Below are positions 1 to 12,429 of a stretch of DNA of 64,000 nucleotides, in pieces. The first letter of the stretch is position 1. The number at the start of each line of letters is the position of its first letter. Source of the DNA: Octopus bimaculoides (lineage: Eukaryota); the NCBI RefSeq assembly GCF_001194135.2, contig NC_068995.1, positions 16,036,405-16,100,404 on the forward strand, written 5' to 3'. Position numbers and translations under genes: made by a program. The notes beneath the pieces were generated by a model, which saw nothing but the letters and a program-made list of their open reading frames with translations, was not told the origin of the DNA and searched no databases.

Positions 1-260
1 GGGCTAAGGCCCGACTAGATGGTGTAGGGAGGTTTCCTTTGTGAGTATGTGGGTAGATTGTTTATCAATTTTGGCATTGGTTTAGTGTGTCTTAAAACAT
101 TATTTATGCTACGTAATTAATAAGCGTGTCATATAAATGGGATAGCGCTTTATGCACTTTTCGTTTGTTAATATAAATTTCTATTACTCATCCTAATATG
201 CTTTTATATCCTTCGCTGTATAAGTTTGCTATACATGTGAAAAGGACCTTAGTAGCAAAA

Positions 261-290
261 ATCATCATCATCATCATCATCATCGTCATC

Positions 291-339
<49 letters not shown>

Positions 340-352
340 CCATCATCATCAT
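261..352. repeat. (ATC)n microsatellite
   Basis: Near-perfect ATC run; source of the poly-Ile ORF 198..473. Confidence 0.97.
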
Positions 353-615
353 CGTATTTTACTTCTCAGAGATCACGATCTTTCCTGCTCCGGTTAATTA
401 TGCAAGAACGGACAGCAACCTGTTGTCACAGGGTCTCACAGAGTTTCCCAGAGTCTCTTTCTCCGAATTATAAAACTTGGTTCCTATACATTAAGTCTTT
501 GTGGAATATACTTAACACCCAGATACCAATCTCAAAGTTCTTGCTGTTCCCAAAATAGCAGTGTTTTTAGCATTCTCTATCGTCATGTCAGTTACAATTT
601 CTCCGACTCGATTGA
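353..615 (-). mobile_element. 3' end of an R4/Dong-type non-LTR retrotransposon (ORF C-terminus plus 3' UTR)
   Basis: Minus frame reads VGEIVTDMTIENAKNTAILGTARTLRLVSGC* (stop 512-514), resembling the K-x-A-L/I-L-G-T-A-R-x-L-R end of R4-clade ORFs; followed on that strand by the (GAT)n tract. Confidence 0.65.
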
Positions 616-631
616 AAGATGGGAAAATGAT

Positions 632-945
632 AACATAAAATGGCAGAATAAGATATCAAATGTCAAAACTAAAATTTTAGAAAATTGTGGTATTTCAAGT
701 ATCGAAAGCATACTCTTGAGAAGTCAGTGCAGATGGGCAAGATATGTTGTTCGAATGCAAGTTGATCACATTCCGAAAACTCTTTTGAATAGCCAACAAG
801 TAGAGGGATTCCGCGGTAAAGGAATACCTATCCTCAGGTATATGGATAAGCTGAAACAATCACTTAAAATCCCAACAGCTTAATTTAACATCTTGGGAAA
901 GATGTTAAATTAAGCTGTCGATCCGAGTGGGGTAAAATGTGTCAT
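632..945 (+). mobile_element. RTE (BovB-like) LINE fragment, post-RT C-terminal region
   Basis: Open frame 632-883: NIKWQNKISN..ILENCGISSIESILLRSQCRWARYVVRMQVDHIPKTLL..GIPILRYMDKLKQSLK, matching the RTE RWAGHVVRM..IPK..GRP..RYKD motif series. Confidence 0.85.
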
Positions 946-2350
946 GATACATTTAAGTAATGAAAGAAATATATTCTGCATCCAACAGACTCATTTATCC
1001 AATCTCAGACAAAATCATAATCGTCAGTGTACCCGTTCTGACTTCATAGCTAAATCCATACCCGGACTCAAATTACGTTCACGCATCCATCGCACATAAA
1101 TGCAGATTCTTTTATTTTTAATCTTTTGTTTTAATCCTTTCCTCCAAACAGGCATAATACAAAATTCATGGGAGTGACCATCATTATTAATACCTTTCTC
1201 TACGTTCAAGCTTGCATCAATTTTCAAAATTCTACTTGGAGAAGAAAGTTATGATGGAGTATGATGTGACAGCTTCCCCCAGCGAATAAACAGAAAAAAT
1301 AAGAAACTAGATTTCTTCAGAGTCTAGAGTCTCACCTAGCATCATTCCACTCATTAGTGTTAGTGGAGAAATGGAATGGAATCTTAGATATATACACAGA
1401 TTTTATTAAAGTAGGCATTAAGAAAGCCAGGCATTAATGTGTTGCAAACTATCCCAGGTATTTTCAATTGTTAGACGAGTATCACTTAAATTTACCAAAC
1501 ACATGTGGGACGAACAGCTTTCTTTTGTTAATTATACTCGAAGAATGCCGTGGGAAATGACAAATGTACAGAGTACGAGGCAATTGGGGTTTGGAGTGTC
1601 CTGATCCTCTATAAAGGATAAATTGCTTTCTTTTAGGATTAATTAGTAAACAGGATTATTTAGAGAAAGGGTAGTATAATTAGCGGAAGCAAGAAGCGTT
1701 GAGCATAAAAATTACAACGATTGGTCTCACTCACCGACGTTTTCAGATCAAATATTTCGATGAATGCCTTTTTCGCCCTCTATTCCTTTCGATATCAAGA
1801 GAAACTGAAAAACGCGACAAGTAATCTTTTGTGTCGGATCGATCGACAATTTAGAATCTTCCTAACAACACAACCATTTTTTTTGTATCTTATGAAAAAG
1901 TTAAATTCACTGTAATTATTAAAAAGAAAAGATGTTTAGAAAATGTTATGTCGGCAGGTTATAAGAAAGAAATGACTGCAAAAACAAATTATAAATGGAA
2001 AAACCAGCGAGAAGTCGAACTGTTTGTAACGATAATGAAAATTCATTTAAAGAATACGGGCGAGTTAATTGTTAGATTTGACGACAGGAGGTGATAGGTT
2101 AATTTGAATAAACGAATGGAATAATTCTTGTCAGTTATTCAATTTAGTATGCAGAGTCGATATTCAATACAGTATAGAGAATGTTTGGCATTATATTCAG
2201 TAAATGGATGTGAGAGTCATTATTATAATATGTTACACATGAGAATAACTTTTATTCAAAATCTCATATCGAAATTTTCCCTCGAATCAAGAATAAAACT
2301 TCAAACAACTCACAACACATATTTCTTATCTTTCTCAACCGAATACCAAT

Positions 2351-2416
2351 TATTATTATCATTATTATTATTATTATTATTATAATTATTATTATTATTA
2401 TTATAATTATTATTAT
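2351..2416. repeat. (ATT)n microsatellite
   Basis: Direct read. Confidence 0.9.
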
Positions 2417-3165
2417 TCACATTGCTTTAAAATTGTTTATAGGTTGTGAACCATTAAAGCATATTGAAAATCTAGACGAATATCGGTAGCTATTATTTCC
2501 AAAAAAATAGTGAAAGAGAAATGAATAGTTGAATCGATAGATTACTGGACAAAATGTGTTTTGTAGTATTGTGTTGCGTCACTTTATGTTCTGACCTCGG
2601 TGCTGTTGGGGTCAGCTTTGCTTTTTATTCTTCGAGAGTCGATAAAATAAGTATCAGTCAAGTAGTAGGATCGATTTCATTGATTGAATTGATCCCTCTT
2701 TTACAATTTCTGTGCTTGTGCCAAAGCTGCAAATCGTTATTGTTATAATTAAAAGACATATAATAGTTTCCGTGCAACCAAAGGTGGCTTCGAGTTGTGA
2801 AAAATATTCGAAATACAATTATACGGTTTTGTTGATGTTTTTGTAGCTTGTATGATAGTTCAGCACAAGGGTACCCTTGATCTAGAAAAACTAGATCCAA
2901 AGGGGTTTAAAATGCGGTAATTGAGTCTTTTTTTTCAGACAGCGTGCGTACAGAATAACATTTTCCAATGTGAGGAATATCATTGAAGGCAAAGTACTTC
3001 AATGTAGCCAAAATATAATTTTATTGCTATTTTATATATGCGAGATTCTATCGTATTTGTATTATCTAGTGTAATTTCTCTTTCCTAAACGAGAGAGATG
3101 TTTTGAGGGAGAGAGTAGAAGGGTCACGTTGTTGATTTTGATTTGTAACATTTTCACATAAAATA

Positions 3166-3421
3166 GGCGCAGGTATGGCTGTGTGGTTAACAGTCTCGAT
3201 TTGCAATCTCATGCATTTGGGTTCAGTCGCACTACACTGCACCTTCGGCAATTGTCTTTTGGTACAGTCTTGTGAATGATTTGGGTAGAGGGGAAACTGT
3301 GTTGAAGTCTGGAGTATATATAAATACATATCTATCTATCTATCTATCTATCTATATACATATATATGTGTGTTGTGCGTGTGTGTGAAGTGGGTAGCCG
3401 GGAACTGTGTGGAATCCTGTC

Positions 3422-3466
<45 letters not shown>

Positions 3467-3468
3467 TA

Positions 3469-3515
<47 letters not shown>

Positions 3516-3676
3516 ATTGACAACCAGTGTGGATTTATTTACATCTCAGCAGGTCAGTGGTTCAGTAAAGCTGGGGATATGATAAGTACTAGCGTTGATT
3601 TGTTAGACTATATCTTCCAGGAGGTGACCCAGCATGGCCGTAGTTCAATAACTGAAATAAGTAAAAGATAAAAGAT
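3166..3676 (+). mobile_element. SINE family A (tRNA head, CORE-like segment, internal microsatellite, GA-rich tail)
   Basis: Homologous along its length to the cleanest copy at 49316-49741; internal (TCTA)/(TA)/(TG) tract at about 3326-3512. Confidence 0.85.
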
Positions 3677-4174
3677 AATGCATAATAGGTTTTGATTTAT
3701 TAATTTTCAATTTGCGGAAGATTTGGTTACTTTTTCTAGCATACAGTGCGACTATGTAGAGGGTAGCTGATAGGGTCAGTGTTTCAAAATCTTTTTGAAT
3801 GGATAAAACAAAATGGTTATAAAAGTTTCTTTTACCAGTCCGTCTATAAAATAAAAGATTTGCAATAAATTGTCTTTTATTCTCTCTACTTCACAGTATT
3901 TGTGACCAGAATATCAATTAAACTAGAAAACTTTTTTCATTCAAAACTGCTACGATGCTTTGACACGTAACTATTATTATCGCTCAGACATACGGAATTT
4001 ATTTATAGAGAAAAAGACGCTCTTTTTGAAGTATCACACTCAATATACAAATATCGTTGCATATACAAGTACAAATAGAGTATTTACGAATGAAGACGCA
4101 TGCATAAAACTACTCATAAACATTCATATACGCGTGCAGGTCGATCATGTATACATACATATATATATAATATA

Positions 4175-4207
<33 letters not shown>

Positions 4208-4496
4208 NNNNNNNNNNNNNNNNNNNNNNNNNNNNNNNNNNNNNNNNNNNNNNNNNNNNNNNNNNNNNNNNNNNNNNNNNNNNNNNNNNNNNNNNNNNNN
4301 NNNNNNNNNNNNNNNNNNNNNNNNNNNNNNNNNNNNNNNNNNNNNNNNNNNNNNNNNNNNNNNNNNNNNNNNNNNNNNNNNNNNNNNNNNNNNNNNNNNN
4401 NNNNNNNNNNNNNNNNNNNNNNNNNNNNNNNNNNNNNNNNNNNNTGTATTCATATATGTTTGAATTTGCATACATTCCATTTCGTGTATTTTGCAG

Positions 4497-4606
4497 ACTG
4501 TTCTGACCGGCGTTCTACTCAGTGTCAAGGTTGTGAAAGACATACAGTTTTTTTCATGGAAAATATTCATGATCATTTCGTAATCTATTGCTGCACCATT
4601 CACCAG
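4497..4606 (+). CDS. Candidate coding exon, TNF-receptor-type cysteine-rich repeat
   Basis: Acceptor ttttgcag at 4496 and donor CAG/gtaaag at 4607; stop-free peptide (D)CSDRRSTQCQGCERHTVFFMENIHDHFVIYCCTIHQ with C-x5-T-x-C-x2-C-E-x2-T spacing as in TNFR cysteine-rich domains. Confidence 0.45.
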
Positions 4607-4671
4607 GTAAAGTTGAGGAAGGACTCACAGTTTTGTATGAATAAGTCTTTCTACTACAGGCAAAAGGACTG

Positions 4672-4845
4672 TAATTTTGGTGCCGGCTACATCAACCACA
4701 GTACTCAAATGGCACTTATTTTATCGATCCCGACATCATAAAAAACAAACTCAAAATTGACGTAATTAAAATCAGAATATAAAGCCAGAAGCGTAGCATT
4801 TTGTCCGGCGTGCTCACGCTTCCGCTTGCTCGCCGCCTTAAGCAA
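4672..4845 (-). mobile_element. SINE family B, partial
   Basis: Similar to copies at 21166-21382 and 49829-50045. Confidence 0.7.
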
Positions 4846-5129
4846 CATATGAACAATGGAACTATAGTCTGTTATGTCTCAAGCTACTGCTATCTAGCAC
4901 CTTCGGATGATCTCTGCTCAACCGCTACACGACAGCTATTCAACTGTCAGTCAACTGTCAGTCCACTCGTACCACGGTCAGACTACCTCTATTTATATGT
5001 CTTGGTCGAGCCTACTTCTTCGCTTGGGGGCGTCGACACAACATAGTCTTTCTCTCAGCATAGAGTTTCAAGCATAATTTGATTCATGCAGGCTGCTAAC
5101 TATCCTGTTACTACAATAATAATATTAAT

Positions 5130-5890
5130 AAAACCAAAAGTTTACTTTGGCAATTGGGCTTGCAGATTCCTCACAAATGGTCCATTGTCTTTTCCCTCCT
5201 GTACTTTTCTTACAATATTTTGCCAAGTGGGTTGCTGATTTCCACAACACATTGCTGTTTTTCTGTAATCACAGACAACAATAAGTCGTCGGATGAATTT
5301 CAATTTGGTCTCTTACTTCTTAGATTCTGCTAATATTATTTTGATTTATCCGTCTCACTGTGTTTTCGTTTATTTGTTATGAATTGTTTTTCTTTCTCAA
5401 TCCATTCCATATTGCTGCTGCTTCAACTTCATTCCTCATGAGAATAAACTGTGTTGAAGATAGACTGTCCATGTCGTCAATGATGTTTTCTGATAGCTCC
5501 GATGTGGGTTTTGTATAGCCGCCATTCTTTGACATTTGTGCCTACATTTCTTATTTTTTGCGCAAGAACGTATGCAGTGAAGATTTCTTTGTCGGTCTTC
5601 CATGTTTAGCGTTTAGTGTGTTATTCTTTCTACGGTCTCTGATTTTCGTGTCAAGTTCACATGTAGAAATTTCTCTCACTAAAGGGGCATACATTTTATT
5701 GTATTATTCAGTTGGATTGCCCGATGTTCCTTGGTCAGAAATTTGTTGCAGCTGTATTTCCCATCTCTATTCTTGTTCATTAGCTATCCTAATGATGTTT
5801 TTCAAATTAGTGCTCGCAAATGTTAGTGAAATATTTACTGATCTTATTTTTTCTGCTGGATATGTTGCCTCCGTGTTACAATCCGTGACT
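5130..5890 (-). mobile_element. Highly decayed non-LTR retrotransposon ORF remnant, possibly R4/Dong
   Basis: Broken minus frames give RWEIQLQQ, LAQKIR and NMEWIEKEKQ, loosely like the pre-RT region of R4-clade ORFs; many stops. Confidence 0.3.
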
Positions 5891-6181
5891 CATATCATGG
5901 TGGTATAAATGAAATAACACGACCACCCTACTGGAAATATAATCTTTACATATCCATTCAAACTTCCGCAAAAATTGAAAAAATTTCCATCTACCATATT
6001 CACTCTTGTGGTATAGGTCAACTCGGGACTATAACAGAAAAGAATACTCCCATGGACCTGCAGAGTTAAGGTTATTAACCGCAGAGATATGCCTGCACCT
6101 ATACATGAGTGTACGTGCATACGCACGCACGCATGTGAATATATAAATCCATATCTATCTATCACTCGCTTTCTCTTTCTT

Positions 6182-6224
<43 letters not shown>

Positions 6225-7003
6225 ATATATATATATGAAGATCGGTTAAGATATTCGATCATGAATTATCAATTTCTCAATCAATTGAATTATAAGGCAC
6301 ATCGTTTAACCGCAGCGGTCTTAGCATAACTCTTCGGTCAAATTAGCTTAGCATATTGTGAAAATAATGGACTTTTAAAATACAAATACCTCACATCCGT
6401 CAACATTTTACAAGCATGCCGTCCGTCTCCTTAAATTCACTCGCAAATTATAATTTGGCGTGAAAATGATATTTGCTTAAATTACCACTTGGTCGAGTCG
6501 AATCAATGTCTTCATCTTGCATCTATACAACAGCCAACATATCACTTCCTGACTTCACCTCATGGAACTACATACTCTAGAATTTTAGCATAGTTCAAAA
6601 ATATATTCCGCGCTCTCACTCATACTCTATCTCACGCAGTCTGTCTCTCCCATTCTTGAGCATTTTATCTTTTCTTTTTGAAAAGGGACAAACATTCGAA
6701 ATGTCAAGAAATTCCATACGCGTTTCAATTACTCATCACAAGCGGTAAACTAATATCGTCTTTATCGTACTTTATTCTCACCGTGTTGACCTATCTGTTT
6801 TCAACAGATTTTCACTTGTACATACAAACACACATACTTATATTTTTATGCATTTATGTACATATACTTATTAATTTATACTCATATATACGTTTATATA
6901 TATGCATGTCTATATATACTTATACATATAAATAGATATGAATGTATCTTTCTATATGTGAATATATATAGCTAATTGTATGTTTGTGTATGATATGTAT
7001 ATA

Positions 7004-7048
<45 letters not shown>

Positions 7049-7174
7049 GTATATATTTATGATTATATAATATATATATACACATGCACACAAAACACAT
7101 CACACAACACACACACATACATACATACATACATACATACATACACATACATATATATACATATATATATACAC

Positions 7175-7258
<84 letters not shown>

Positions 7259-7710
7259 GTTGTACATATATATGTATGTATATATCTATCTATACTTATA
7301 TCTCTCTATATATGGGGTCAGCTTTGCTTATGAATGTACGTCTATACCCAAACACACATAAAAAGACTGAAATCAACGTATGGAATCTATATTAAGATAT
7401 TTCCATTCATACGATGTTACCAGTTCTTGAAAAGATTCCTTCGATATATCCAATAAAATTAAACCACCATCAGCAACAACTGCCTAACACCAAGTGACAT
7501 TAATACAGACATTACAGAAACTGACATTAGCACTGAATACATATAAAGATACTGAATGTATAGTTGCGAGAAATGTAGAATTTGTGTTTTTCTCTTTAAA
7601 TAAAAAAATATTATCGGAAGGAACGGGATATTACACGATCACACATAGACTAACAGACAAACATACAAATAATGGACACACGTACACATGCACGAACAGA
7701 CGCTCACTGG

Positions 7711-7742
<32 letters not shown>

Positions 7743-7757
7743 GTATGTGTATGTATG

Positions 7758-7845
<88 letters not shown>

Positions 7846-8606
7846 CATACAAGCATACATATACATACGCATGTATATATATATATATACATGTATATAT
7901 ATATACAAATATATGAATATGCATATACATACGTATATATATTATATAATTTACTCGCAATACTTACGTACCTACCACCATGCATAGATACATATATGCA
8001 TAGATACATATATAATAGTTAGTGATGAGTCCGCGTCAGCTTCCTCGATGACTCGTCATCTTCTTTAATAATCGGCATTACATGCTCATTGAACGACAGA
8101 TTAACTAGCTGAATATTTACCCAGGCACACGTACAATTAACGTGATTCTCAGGTAGATGCAGCCTGTCACAGTGGTCCCAGGATGGAGTTTTAGATTACA
8201 GGTATATATTCCATTCGACGGACGTACGCATACTTTCCTTCTTCCTAGTTTCATTTACAGACTTTAGAGTGATGCGAAGTTATAGTAAAAAGAAGAGAGA
8301 TGCATTCTCTACATGCCACGGTGTTGAATCGAACCCTGGACCTGATGGGTGAGTTGCCACACTGTGTGACGCCGATTTCGTCTGAGAAATATATCGTAGC
8401 TTCAAATTTCTTTGGAATACTCAGTTACTTACTCTATCAATGAATTGCTAGATTAGTTCATCGAATGATCGAACAGCTAAATACTCATCGTCGAAACCGA
8501 TGAAGATCCATTTCCTCAAGCAAATTCATCGAACCTAGCGCTATTAAAGTGAATATAATGTTTTATGCATTATAGAAACATAAGAGACACCAGTGATAAG
8601 TAAAAT

Positions 8607-8815
8607 GCTTTTAAATTTTGGCCCAAGGTCATCAATTTTGGGGTGGAGGTGAAGCAAGTCGATTATATCGACCCCAGTGTTCAACTGATACTTATTTTAT
8701 CGATCCGAAAGGACGAAAGGCAAAGTCGACTATAGCGGAATATTAACGTAACCAACGGCGAAATGCCGCCAAGCATTTTCCCCCGGCGTGCTAAGAATTT
8801 TGGCATCTTGTCATC
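8607..8815 (-). mobile_element. SINE family B copy
   Basis: aagtcgattatatcgaccccagtgttcaactg core shared with other copies. Confidence 0.8.
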
Positions 8816-9247
8816 TTAGTATGATTATTCAGTCTTAGGAGGGTGCTGAGTTCTACCCCATTGCGTGGAATCTTCTGGAAATTGCCATCCAAAATAAACA
8901 AATGGAGAAATAATCATATGCAATTATTCATTTATCTGTAACGTTTATGAATGATTTGTTTCAGTATTTGGACTGCGGCCATACTGGTGCACTGCCCTGA
9001 ATTGATAAGTCCAACAAATTGATACTCAGTACTTATTTAAAAAAAATCTAGTAACTTATTCTATCATTCGCTTCTGTAGATTGCTGAGTTACGGGAACGT
9101 AAAAAAACAGCACTGGTTGTGAAGAAGTTTGCAAATCATCAACAAAGGCTTGATTGGAGTCAATCGCACTGAACATGCATCCTCTAAGCAAACCATTTTG
9201 AAACTGGATCATGACGCCAGATGAAAATTGGATTCCTTAAAGCAACA

Positions 9248-9650
9248 TTGGTTTTCAATTTTGGTACAATGCTAGAATTTCCAGGGAAGGGGTTAAGTCG
9301 ATTACATCGACCCCTATTATTTCACTGGGACTTATTTTATCGACCCCGAAGGGATGAAAGACTAAGTCGACGTCGGTGGAATTTGAACTTATAAAGTAAA
9401 GACGGATGAAATGCCGTTAAACATTTTCACCGGCATACTAACGATTCGCCCAGCTAGCCGCCATTCCAAGACTAATATTGGCTTCAAATTTTGACACAAT
9501 GTCAGCAATATCGAGGGAGGGGTGAAGTCAATTACATCGTTTTCCATTACTCAGTTGGTGTTTGTTTTAACGACCTCGAATGTGATGAAAGACAAAGTCC
9601 ACCTCGGCATTTTGTCCATCGTATTAACGATTCTGCCAGCTCACCGCCTT
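9248..9650 (-). mobile_element. Two tandem SINE family B copies
   Basis: Units at 9248-9460 and 9477-9650, same orientation, about 16 nt apart. Confidence 0.85.
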
Positions 9651-9771
9651 ATTCTTTAAAGCAACATTAAGCGCCGCACTGAGCCCAAATAAAAAGAATC
9701 CCATCACATGCACGAGTTACATTAAAGAAGTTTTAGTGTCTATTTCTTGAGATATTGAAATATTCATTATA

Positions 9772-10412
9772 GGCGTTGGTGTGGCTGTGTGGTAAGAAGT
9801 TTGCTTCCTAACCACATGGTTCCGGGTTCAGTCCTACTGCATGGAACCTTGGGCAAGTGTATTCTACTATAGCCTTGGGGCGATAAAGCCTTGTGAGTGG
9901 ATATGGTAGACGGAAACTGAAAGAAGACCGCCGTATATATATATTAGGGCTGGTAATGATTAATTTAATTTTAATAATTAACTTTTGAGAAAGTAATGAT
10001 TAATTAATAGTTAATTTCGATTAAAACATAAAAGTGTGTGCAGTTGCGTTTATTAACAGGTTTATATTTCAATTAAAATTCAGTTGAAGGTAGTAAGTAA
10101 GCGTTGGGTTAGATCCATGGTATGCGAACGATTTGTCGAGATGGATGCAATAAACGTTATCAGGAATTTTGATATTACCGTTAGTCAACAATCTAAATCC
10201 AAAATATTCATGTAATCGACCTGATAAAGGTTTATATTTCATAACTCGATTCTTCTCTGCCGCCATTTTGCTGCAGTTACTATTGCTTCCTGACTTCCGG
10301 CACATTTATTAATGAGGGGTAGAAAATTAAATTTGAAACTGATTAATAAAAATTTAACCGTTAAAATAAATTAACGATTAATCGACTAATTAATCTTTAA
10401 ATTCCGCAGCCC

Positions 10413-10454
<42 letters not shown>

Positions 10455-10662
10455 GTGTGTCTGTGTTAGTGTGTGTGTGTTTGTGTGTTTGTGTTTGCCC
10501 CACCACCATCACTTGACACTCGATGTTGGTGTGTTTACGTCCACATAACTTAGCAGTTCGGCAAATGAGACTGATAAAATAAGTACTAGGCTTACAACCC
10601 TGGGGTCGATTTCTTCGACTAAATGCGGTGCTCCAGCATTGCCGCAGTCAGATGACTAAAAA
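9772..10662 (+). mobile_element. SINE family A copy split by a hAT insertion
   Basis: Head and CORE-like part at 9772-9944, 3' part at 10415-10662. Confidence 0.85.
9945..10414 (-). mobile_element. Internally deleted hAT DNA transposon carrying a degenerate BED zinc-finger fragment
   Basis: Terminal inverted repeats TAGGGCTG (9945-9952) and CAGCCCTA (10407-10414); 8-bp flanks atatatat/ttatatat; subterminal ATTAAT repeats; ORF 10069..10305 has LHEYFGF..VYCIHLDKSFAYHGSNPTLTYYL (BED-like, metal ligands partly lost). Confidence 0.85.
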
Positions 10663-10729
10663 ATAGAAAACTTCCTGCTTTAATAAATCATAGCAATAAA
10701 CTCTCATCAAAATAATGTATAACCTTACA

Positions 10730-11083
10730 GTGCACAAGTCGCTAAAAGTGGCCTGGTGTCATTGTGATGGAGTAAAGTGCTATAGTCTCAGTATTCTCCA
10801 GATCTTTCGTCTATCAAACTTCCATTTATTTAGATCTTGTTAAAGCCATTTAGACGGGAAATGTACGGTTAGCATCGAAAATAGAGAAAGCGAATTAAAT
10901 ATATTTTAATTAAAACTCCAGGGAGTTCTTCAAACTAGGCATTAAAAAATTTACAAGTAGTGGGAAGAGGTTATAGAAAATGAAGGGGATTATGAAGATG
11001 ATTAAATTTTCAGCATTAAATATCATGTGTGAATTTTTAAATACATACTAAAAATCAGAAAGTAATTTCTCTACAACCTGACA
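10730..11083 (+). mobile_element. Mariner transposase C-terminal remnant with probable 3' TIR
   Basis: Frameshifted YSPDL, SNFHLFRS, HLDGK and WEEVIENEGDY; end aaaatcagaaagtaatttctctacaacctgaca resembles the reverse complement of the TIR at 53568. Confidence 0.8.
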
Positions 11084-11609
11084 CTTTGTTATGTGCATGC
11101 ATTAACTATTTGTAATCGTTTCACATGTAAACTATATTGCACGTATCCAAATGAGATATGTAAATGAATATATGCAAATGTATAAATACATTCCCATATT
11201 TCTGATAACTAAGGAATAATTTAACACAAAAATTTATAGCATTAACTTTCAATGCTAATAGGTTACCCTCAACAGAGATTATATATTCACCCCAGAAGGA
11301 TTTGAACTTAGAAGGAGAATAAGATCTCACTAATATATCTGAAAGCATTTACTCCAGGTCTCCACCGTTTCTGCCATGCCACCTACCCGTGCCTTGTATT
11401 TGAAATATTGAAATATTAAAAATAATAATTTATTGTGAAAATGAAAGTTATAAATGTTGATATAGAAGTAAGAAATTATTCATTCCAGACAAGGTTCATT
11501 GCTACTGTGCGGCACCTTGCGACACTAATATAGGGCCGCGCCGACCAACACCTTCAGAGTAAATTTGATACACGGAAACACTGTGTGGAAGTCGGTCATA
11601 TATCAGCAT

Positions 11610-11683
<74 letters not shown>

Positions 11684-11712
11684 TATGTGTGTGCGACCGT
11701 CTGTGTGTAAAC

Positions 11713-11749
<37 letters not shown>

Positions 11750-12429
11750 TATGTATGTATATGTCATTATGTCTACCCCTCTCCGCCACCTGGCAAGTGG
11801 TGTTGGTTTGTTTATGTCCAGTTAGGCAAAAGACCCGATAGAACGAGTACCAGACTTCTAGAAGAAATTGCTTGAGTCAATTTCTTCGACTAAACTCTTC
11901 AAGGTGGTGCTCCAGCTTGGCCGCAATAAAATGCCTGAAACAAAATATACCAGATCAATGTCTCTATTTTAATCTGTGATTTAGCGACATAATTAACATA
12001 ATTGTTTACCATTATATAAAAGTAAAAATGTAAGATGAAGCTTAAAGTGAATGAACCTTGACTTGGTAGTTCGAATTGTAGATCAAATATATCTTTAATC
12101 TTTTATCTTTTACTCGTTTCATTCATTAAACTGCGGCTATGCTGGAGCACTATCTTGCATGATTTTTGTCGAATGACTTGAACCCAGTATTTATGGTTAA
12201 TTAATAAGCTGAGTATTTATTCTATCCATCTCTTTTATGGAAGGACATAACCACACCAAGACCGGTTGTCAAACGGTTGGGGAACAAACAAGGACACACA
12301 CACACCACACGCACTTACATACACACATACAAACACAGGCATACATTATGCGTGTATTAAGCATATATATACAAATATACTCACATCACTTTGTCACTCT
12401 ATTATTAGACTATCGGAATGTCTTACATC

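Noticed and set aside
2847-2916. Possible upstream exon CMIVQHKGTLDLEKLDPKGFKM for the TNFR-like gene
   Set aside because: Ends in phase 2 while 4497 needs phase 1, and it lacks the expected cysteines
6290-6620. Possible Helitron helicase 3' remnant (YVGC on minus)
   Set aside because: Only a four-residue motif, no second copy in the window
8024-8060. gatgagtc..gactcgtc hairpin resembling a hammerhead start
   Set aside because: No C3/U4 and no GAAA downstream
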